Shown here: piece by piece, positions 30,281-34,165 of the stretch
Layout: the number at the start of each line of letters is the position of its first letter
How positions within the stretch are numbered: the first letter of the stretch is position 1
Virus record (IMG/VR): IMGVR_UViG_3300027985_000326
Span: 1 to 34,165 of that record
From: a virus
Length of the DNA: 34,165 nucleotides
Strand: one strand, 5' to 3'
The notes under the pieces: generated by a model
The model's input: the letters and a program-made list of their open reading frames with translations, nothing else
Told to the model about the DNA's origin: nothing
Database searches by the model: none
Program-made: the position numbers and the translations under genes

Positions 30281-30946
30281 TCAGATCTTCTGGACAAACT
30301 CGGGCGGCAGCGCTAGCCGAACTGGGGCCGCCCAGGTGAGCCTGACCCCGTGCATATTCTCGGCCTCCGGGTTCAGCGAGATCAGGCTGAAGGTGCCCTC
30401 CTCAGCCCCGATCTTGACTTGCTTCACCCAAGCCATGCCGGCCTCATCCTCGCAGACGCAGATGCGACCGATAGCCTCGGTCGGAACGCCAATCGTATCA
30501 CGCCGGTAGAATAGCACGGATCCCGGCTCATAGGTCGGCGCCATGCTAGTGCCTTCGACCTCGACAGCGACGATTCCGTGGGGGCTGATCTGCGGCGGAC
30601 AGGCAACGTGATAGAGCCCGTCGCCCTTCGAGTAGGCATCGACCAGATCGACCTTAGCGCCGGCACCGACTTTGCCTGCTACTGCGACGGCACGCGCATC
30701 TTCGATGGGATATCCAGTGAACTCAGCGATCACTCGAGCCTCTGACGCCTTCACGTCGCGGATCGTCGTCATCTTCTGAACCATAGACTTGTCGTAAGTC
30801 TGGCCGATCTTCGCCTTCGTCAGTGCATCAGCAAGAAGGTCAAACGTGACCTTTTTCCCGCGGATCTCCGCATGCTCAATGGCATCGCGGACCCACTGGT
30901 TAATCTGCGCCATCGGCGGTGTCTTATATGCGCGTTTGCGTGCCAT
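30281..30946 (-). CDS. CI-type repressor with an S24 (LexA-like) autopeptidase domain
   Basis: 221 aa. C-terminal 'VEVEGTSMAPTY' (Ser nucleophile) and 'AWVKQVKIG' (Lys), matching LexA/CI S24. N-terminal helical DNA-binding region. Alternative start at 30913. Confidence 0.82.
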   Translation of the reverse strand: MARKRAYKTPPMAQINQWVRDAIEHAEIRGKKVTFDLLADALTKAKIGQTYDKSMVQKMTTIRDVKASEARVIAEFTGYPIEDARAVAVAGKVGAGAKVDLVDAYSKGDGLYHVACPPQISPHGIVAVEVEGTSMAPTYEPGSVLFYRRDTIGVPTEAIGRICVCEDEAGMAWVKQVKIGAEEGTFSLISLNPEAENMHGVRLTWAAPVRLALPPEFVQKI

Positions 30947-30952
30947 GTCGCG

Positions 30953-30981
30953 ATTGTAGCGGTGACCGCTAATCGCGTCAG
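30953..30981 (-). promoter_or_regulatory. Candidate repressor maintenance promoter (CTGACG-N17-TACAAT)
   Basis: The -10 TACAAT ends 6 nt before ATG 30946, implying a leaderless mRNA. O3 overlaps the spacer and -10. Confidence 0.35.
30955..30973. promoter_or_regulatory. Operator O3: TGTAGCG-GTGAC-CGCTAAT
   Basis: Core TAGCG-N5-CGCTA dyad shared with O1, O2 and O4. Confidence 0.6.
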
Positions 30982-31004
30982 TCGCTCGCTGCGCTACAAT
31001 CCCA

Positions 31005-31033
31005 TTGCCAAAAGTAGCGTTGAGCGCTACCTT
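31005..31033 (+). promoter_or_regulatory. Candidate early-right promoter (TTGCCA-N17-TACCTT)
   Basis: Same layout as the left promoter. Spacer AAAGTAGCGTTGAGCGC compares with AAAGTAGCGCTGAACGC. The -10 ends 6 nt before ATG 31040. Confidence 0.45.
31013..31031. promoter_or_regulatory. Operator O4: AGTAGCG-TTGAG-CGCTACC
   Basis: 19-bp dyad with 6 of 7 bp per arm symmetric. Sits in the PR spacer. Confidence 0.7.
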
Positions 31034-31039
31034 GCCGTC

Positions 31040-31279
31040 ATGGAACCTGCAAAGAACATCATCGCAAGGCTGGGTGGACCCGCGCAGGTCGCGGATGCCC
31101 TCGGCATTCATCGCACCCGCCCTTACTGCTGGATGAAGTCGCGAGAGCGCGGCGGAACTGGCGGGCTGATCCCGCAAGAGCACTTTCAGCGCCTCATTGA
31201 GATTGGCGCCGAGAGGGGAGTCGTCCTCACCGGGGACGATTTTGTCCCAACCCCGTCGGTGCGTAAGGCCTCCGCATGA
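31040..31279 (+). CDS. Cro/YdaS-like small HTH protein (79 aa)
   Basis: Divergent from the repressor. 'IIARLGGPAQVADALGIHRTRPYCWMK' is a Cro/YdaS-type HTH. No SD upstream of the ATG. Confidence 0.65.
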   Translation: MEPAKNIIARLGGPAQVADALGIHRTRPYCWMKSRERGGTGGLIPQEHFQRLIEIGAERGVVLTGDDFVPTPSVRKASA

Positions 31280-31343
31280 CCGACCACCCTGAAAATTCAT
31301 CTCTTCCATGGCGCCACCATGGCAACCCGGAGGCCGCACGGCC

Positions 31344-31793
31344 ATGAGAAACGGCATTCTGATTTCGCAGGAAGATGCGGCGCGGCGCATGGAAGATGCT
31401 CTGCGCCTTCGGGTCGGACGTGGAAGGCGTTTCTCGTTTCCGGCGCTTTCGGATGCGACCGGCATTCCGACGCGAACGCTCGAAAGCTATGTGCAGGGGG
31501 CAACTCCTCAATTGCATGCGCTGCTGTCGATCTGCTCCGTCCTCGGGCCGTCGTTCACGAGTGACGTTCTGTCGCCCTGCGGACAGGCGGCGCATGATGC
31601 GGCCCCGGGCGAACCGGAGCACATGCGTGTCGTCGCTGCCCTTGGTGAGCTGGTGACGCAGATTTCAGAGGCTATCTCCGATGGCCATGTCGACCACCGA
31701 GAGGCAGCGCGGATGCGGCCGATCGCGGCGCGTCTGATCGAACTGCTGGAGCCTCTGGCGCAGGTGTCTCACGTCGCAGGGATTGGGAAATGA
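31344..31793 (+). CDS. HTH regulator, CII-like by position (149 aa)
   Basis: 'LSDATGIPTRTLESYVQGATPQLHALLSICSVLG' is an XRE-type HTH. Second gene of the rightward operon. Start 31344 (GGAGG upstream) or 31308. Confidence 0.55.
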   Translation: MRNGILISQEDAARRMEDALRLRVGRGRRFSFPALSDATGIPTRTLESYVQGATPQLHALLSICSVLGPSFTSDVLSPCGQAAHDAAPGEPEHMRVVAALGELVTQISEAISDGHVDHREAARMRPIAARLIELLEPLAQVSHVAGIGK

Positions 31794-32011
31794 CTGACCT
31801 CCGCACCGTCCATATCCCGGTGTCCCTCTCTGACGGGAACCGCGCCGCAACCGTGTCGCTCGCCCGGGCACCGTGGGAGCCGCAGTCGTCGCAGGTCACA
31901 GACCACAGCGAGACGGCGCCCACAGGCCGGGTGATCCGGCATGAGAGGCCCCGCCGCATCTTCGAGGGCGTCACGCTGGCGCATCTGCATGAGCGTGGGG
32001 TGGATGCATGA
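31790..32011 (+). CDS. Hypothetical protein (73 aa)
   Basis: ATGA overlap at 31790. Confidence 0.5.
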   Translation: MTDLRTVHIPVSLSDGNRAATVSLARAPWEPQSSQVTDHSETAPTGRVIRHERPRRIFEGVTLAHLHERGVDA

Positions 32012-32169
32012 CCGACGCCGCCACCATCGCCAGCGACATCCGCATGATCCGCGCGTGTCGATCCATCGAGGAGCTGGACGCATACGAGGCCGAGGCGCGC
32101 CGCCGCGGTCTCGATCCGCACGAGGTCACCGCCATCGCTGAGCAGCGGCGGCGGATGGCGAAGAGATGA
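32008..32169 (+). CDS. Hypothetical protein (53 aa), below the ORF-track threshold
   Basis: ATG 32008 overlaps the TGA at 32009-11. 54 codons with high GC3. Its stop overlaps the ATG at 32166. Confidence 0.45.
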   Translation: MTDAATIASDIRMIRACRSIEELDAYEAEARRRGLDPHEVTAIAEQRRRMAKR

Positions 32170-32240
32170 CCGCGCCGCGGTCCAGATTTCCCAGCTGGGA
32201 AGCAACAGCGGAAAGAGCCGCGCAACACAAGGAGAAACCC

Positions 32241-32411
32241 ATGAACGACCTCACCGATGCCCAGAAGGCCACGCTCGAGCGCATCAAGGCTGCAACCGGC
32301 GCCATCGTCCTGCCCGTGTCCGCGGCACGCGCGCTCGTTGCCAAGGGCCTGATCAAGTCGGACGGCACCAAAGGCCACGGCAAGGCCAAGGCCGCCTACA
32401 TCGCCGCCTGA
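32241..32411 (+). CDS. Hypothetical protein (56 aa; 81 aa if started at 32166)
   Basis: ATG 32241 preceded by AAGGAGAAACCC. Its stop TGA is embedded in hairpin element copy B. Confidence 0.55.
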   Translation: MNDLTDAQKATLERIKAATGAIVLPVSAARALVAKGLIKSDGTKGHGKAKAAYIAA

Positions 32412-32478
32412 TCTGACCTCTCCGGTGACCGGCCCCGCGCGGGCCGGCATCCCGAAAGCCAGTGAGCGAGAGGAGATC
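32404..32478 (+). promoter_or_regulatory. Conserved stop-codon/hairpin RNA element, copy B, including the SD-pairing arm
   Basis: CCGCCTGATCTGACCTCTCCGGTGA-CCGGCCC-CGCGC-GGGCCGG-CATCCCGAAAG. The arm GATCT(GA)CCTCTC (32410-22) is complementary to GAGAGGAGATC (32468-78), the SD region of the gene at 32482. Confidence 0.7.
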
Positions 32479-32481
32479 GCC

Positions 32482-32994
32482 ATGAACAAAAGAGCCGACA
32501 TTCACCACGACATGGAAGGGGCGGAGCCCGAGCTGAAGCTCGACACGCTCAAGGGAGACATCCGGGATGCGATGCTGTCGCGGATCCGGCAGATGAAGAC
32601 CGGCTGGCCGCTGCTGGTAGAGGCTGAGCAGGCCGAAATCGTCAACGGCATCGAGATGGCTGCCGGGCACATCATCCGCTCCGTGGTGCGTGAGTTGACC
32701 GCTCATCAGTGGCCCTATGCCGTCGTCACGCTCGGCGAGGTCAAGATCAAGGGCGAGAAGGGGATCGAAGCCAAGATCGGGTGCTCGAACATCGAGCACA
32801 ACCGTTCGGTCCTGGGCGAGCATGTCGGCCAGATGGTGCAGATCGTCATGGTCGACAGCGACCAGTTCATGGGCCAGCGCGACGACCCGGAAATCCAGCC
32901 CGATCAGTCAGACATGTTCTCCGGCCAGAATGAGGACGATGGCCCCGATGATGACGGCCCCCGTATGCTTCCGCGCCCGGAGGATCTGGACTGA
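32482..32994 (+). CDS. Hypothetical protein with an acidic C-terminal tail (170 aa)
   Basis: ATG 32482 after GAGAGGAG. C-terminus 'NEDDGPDDDGPRMLPRPEDLD'. Function unknown. Confidence 0.6.
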   Translation: MNKRADIHHDMEGAEPELKLDTLKGDIRDAMLSRIRQMKTGWPLLVEAEQAEIVNGIEMAAGHIIRSVVRELTAHQWPYAVVTLGEVKIKGEKGIEAKIGCSNIEHNRSVLGEHVGQMVQIVMVDSDQFMGQRDDPEIQPDQSDMFSGQNEDDGPDDDGPRMLPRPEDLD

Positions 32995-33407
32995 TGAAGC
33001 GAGCCGAGTTCACCGTTCCTGGGCTGCCAAAGGGGAAGGCCCGCCCGCGCGCGACCTTCGTGAACGGCCGGGCTCGGCTCTACACCCCGAAGACCACTGT
33101 CGAGTTCGAGGACAAGGTGCGCACCGCGGCTACGCCGCATTTCAACCGGCCCATCAGCGGGCCGGTGAAGCTGCGCATCGTCGCCTATTTCCCCATGCCG
33201 AAGAGCTGGTCGAAGCGTCGGCGCGCGGAAATGGACGGCAAGCTGCACACGCAAAAGCCGGACAAAGACAATGTGGAAAAGGCGATCTGCGACGGCCTGA
33301 ACGGCACGGCATGGGTCGACGATTGTCTCGTGGCCGATGGCCGGTGCGTGAAGCGCTGGTCCACCGTCGCCGAGACATTCGTGCAGGTCGAGGAGGTCGA
33401 GGAGTGA
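32994..33407 (+). CDS. rusA: RusA-family Holliday junction resolvase
   Basis: 'FTVPGLPKGKARPR...', 'KPDKDNVEKAICDGLNGTAWVDDCLV' are RusA signature blocks. Confidence 0.88.
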   Translation: MKRAEFTVPGLPKGKARPRATFVNGRARLYTPKTTVEFEDKVRTAATPHFNRPISGPVKLRIVAYFPMPKSWSKRRRAEMDGKLHTQKPDKDNVEKAICDGLNGTAWVDDCLVADGRCVKRWSTVAETFVQVEEVEE

Positions 33408-33508
33408 GCCCCGAGAAGACGACGCAGGTGCCAGCGTCTGCCGCTCCAGCATGGAGGAGCATCGGCTCTATCGCAGCCGAAATCGTGAAGAAAGCCTCTG
33501 GAAAATGA
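33404..33508 (+). CDS. Candidate 34-aa ORF between rusA and dnaB
   Basis: GTGA overlap with the rusA stop and ATGA-type overlap with the dnaB start. No RBS evident. Confidence 0.3.
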   Translation: MSPEKTTQVPASAAPAWRSIGSIAAEIVKKASGK

Positions 33509-34165
33509 ACACCGTGACCGCCATTCGTGCTGATGCGCTCCCGATGAATATCGAGGCGGAGCAGCAGCTGATCGGGATGGCACTCCTGGAGCCGTCGATC
33601 CTGTCGCGCATCGCCATGCGTGGAGGGGCCGCCCTGTTCGCTGAGCCGACGCATGCTCGCGCATTCGAGGCTATGGTCGCCAAGGAGCGCGTCGGGCACC
33701 AGGTAGATATTGTGACGGTCGGGGAGGCCATGAGGGGGGAGGAGTGCCTCTCCGCTCTCGGCGGGCCGTCATATCTGGCGCGCTGTGCAGGGGCCTGCAT
33801 GAGCCCTGTCGCGGCACCTGGCTACATCGACATTTTGGCAGATCTCGCCGCCAAGCGCAGCCTGATCTCGGCCATGTCGGAGGCGCAAGCATCCATTGCC
33901 CGCGGTGACATGCAGGCCGCGCAGATCGCGGCGCGGCTGGAGGCGTCTCTGATCGCGGCATCCGACGTCGACGCAAAGCGCGGTCCCGTGTCGATGCAGG
34001 CCGCCGTTTTGAAGGCGCTCAAGGGCATCGTCGCCGCCTACAACGGCGAGAAGACCGAGGCCGTGCTGACTGGAATCGGCGCACTTGACAGGATCTGCGG
34101 TGGTTTTAACCCGGGCGATCTGATCATTCTCGGCGGCAGGCCGTCGATGGGAAAGACTGCGCTCG
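33505..34165 (+). CDS. dnaB: Replicative DNA helicase DnaB-like, N-terminal part (runs off the window end and continues at 1..875 on the circle)
   Basis: ATG at 33505 overlaps the upstream TGA (33506-08). The frame stays open to the window end. N-terminal 'NIEAEQQLIGMALLEPS' is DnaB N-domain-like. The frame is continuous with 3..875 through the repeat; the joined ORF is 1,392 nt (463 aa). Confidence 0.85.
   Translation, partial: MNTVTAIRADALPMNIEAEQQLIGMALLEPSILSRIAMRGGAALFAEPTHARAFEAMVAKERVGHQVDIVTVGEAMRGEECLSALGGPSYLARCAGACMSPVAAPGYIDILADLAAKRSLISAMSEAQASIARGDMQAAQIAARLEASLIAASDVDAKRGPVSMQAAVLKALKGIVAAYNGEKTEAVLTGIGALDRICGGFNPGDLIILGGRPSMGKTAL
34022..34165. repeat. Terminal direct repeat copy 2 (identical to 1-144)
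   Basis: Same as copy 1. Position 34022 corresponds to position 1. Confidence 0.97.

Larger units (their letters stand above)
1..34021. mobile_element. Complete temperate tailed-phage genome, circular or circularly permuted, unit length 34,021 bp
   Basis: Exact 144-bp end overlap closes an intact dnaB-like ORF. All modules are present: replication, HNH+terminase, HK97-type head, non-contractile tail, fibres, lysis, attP+int/xis, recombination, CI/Cro immunity. Confidence 0.85.

Noticed and set aside
27344-32478. The two inverted copies of the hairpin element as ends of an invertible DNA segment
   Set aside because: No invertase or serine recombinase is encoded. Inversion would put both early operons in antisense orientation relative to their promoters. 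Identity is limited to about 25 bp plus a structure-conserving stem, which fits RNA-level function better. It is kept only as an alternative, a module-boundary sequence, in the finding.
1-34165. CRISPR arrays, reverse-transcriptase elements (DGR or retron), toxin-antitoxin pairs, transposases and rRNA genes
   Set aside because: No repeat-spacer arrays are present. No ORF shows RT, transposase or recognisable toxin motifs on either strand. The only repeats found are the terminal overlap, the operators and the paired hairpin element.

Overview
The window is a complete, circularly closed temperate tailed-phage genome, not a chromosomal slice. Bases 1-144 are repeated exactly at 34022-34165, giving a unit length of 34,021 bp. 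Joining the ends restores one intact dnaB-like ORF (33505 -> 875). The genome is high-GC by eye (roughly 60-65%), and the gene families suggest an alphaproteobacterial-type host; that host call is inference. Gene order on the circle: DnaB helicase; DUF1376 replication-associated protein; wHTH protein; a basic 176-aa protein followed by a terminator; HNH endonuclease; TerS; TerL; HK97-type portal, protease and capsid; head-tail joining genes; major tail protein; tail chaperone with an A9 -1 frameshift site; an antisense secreted moron; tape measure; minor tail and host-specificity proteins; a tail fibre with an SGNH esterase domain; holin and GH24 endolysin; attP carrying a 3' tRNA-Arg(CCU) fragment. 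The leftward strand then carries integrase, excisionase, a block of small unknown genes, a Lar-like protein, an orphan C5-methyltransferase-like protein, a RecT-type annealase and a PD-(D/E)XK exonuclease. An S24-type CI repressor is flanked by four 19-bp operators, followed rightward by a Cro-like gene, a CII-like gene, small ORFs and RusA. Observations that gene calling does not explain: (1) a ~55-75 nt stop-codon-plus-hairpin RNA element present once in each divergent early operon, with compensatory stem substitutions and an arm that pairs with a downstream Shine-Dalgarno region; (2) identical operator-in-spacer architecture at the two early promoters, with apparently leaderless repressor and cro transcripts; (3) a strong intrinsic terminator directly after the first leftward early gene; (4) an antisense, signal-peptide-bearing protein with three Cx13C units wedged between the tail chaperone and the tape measure; (5) a palindrome and hexamer-repeat cluster inside the DUF1376 gene, a candidate ori. 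All calls come from reading the sequence and translations and from remembered family motifs. No alignments or database searches were run, so family names are hypotheses to confirm.
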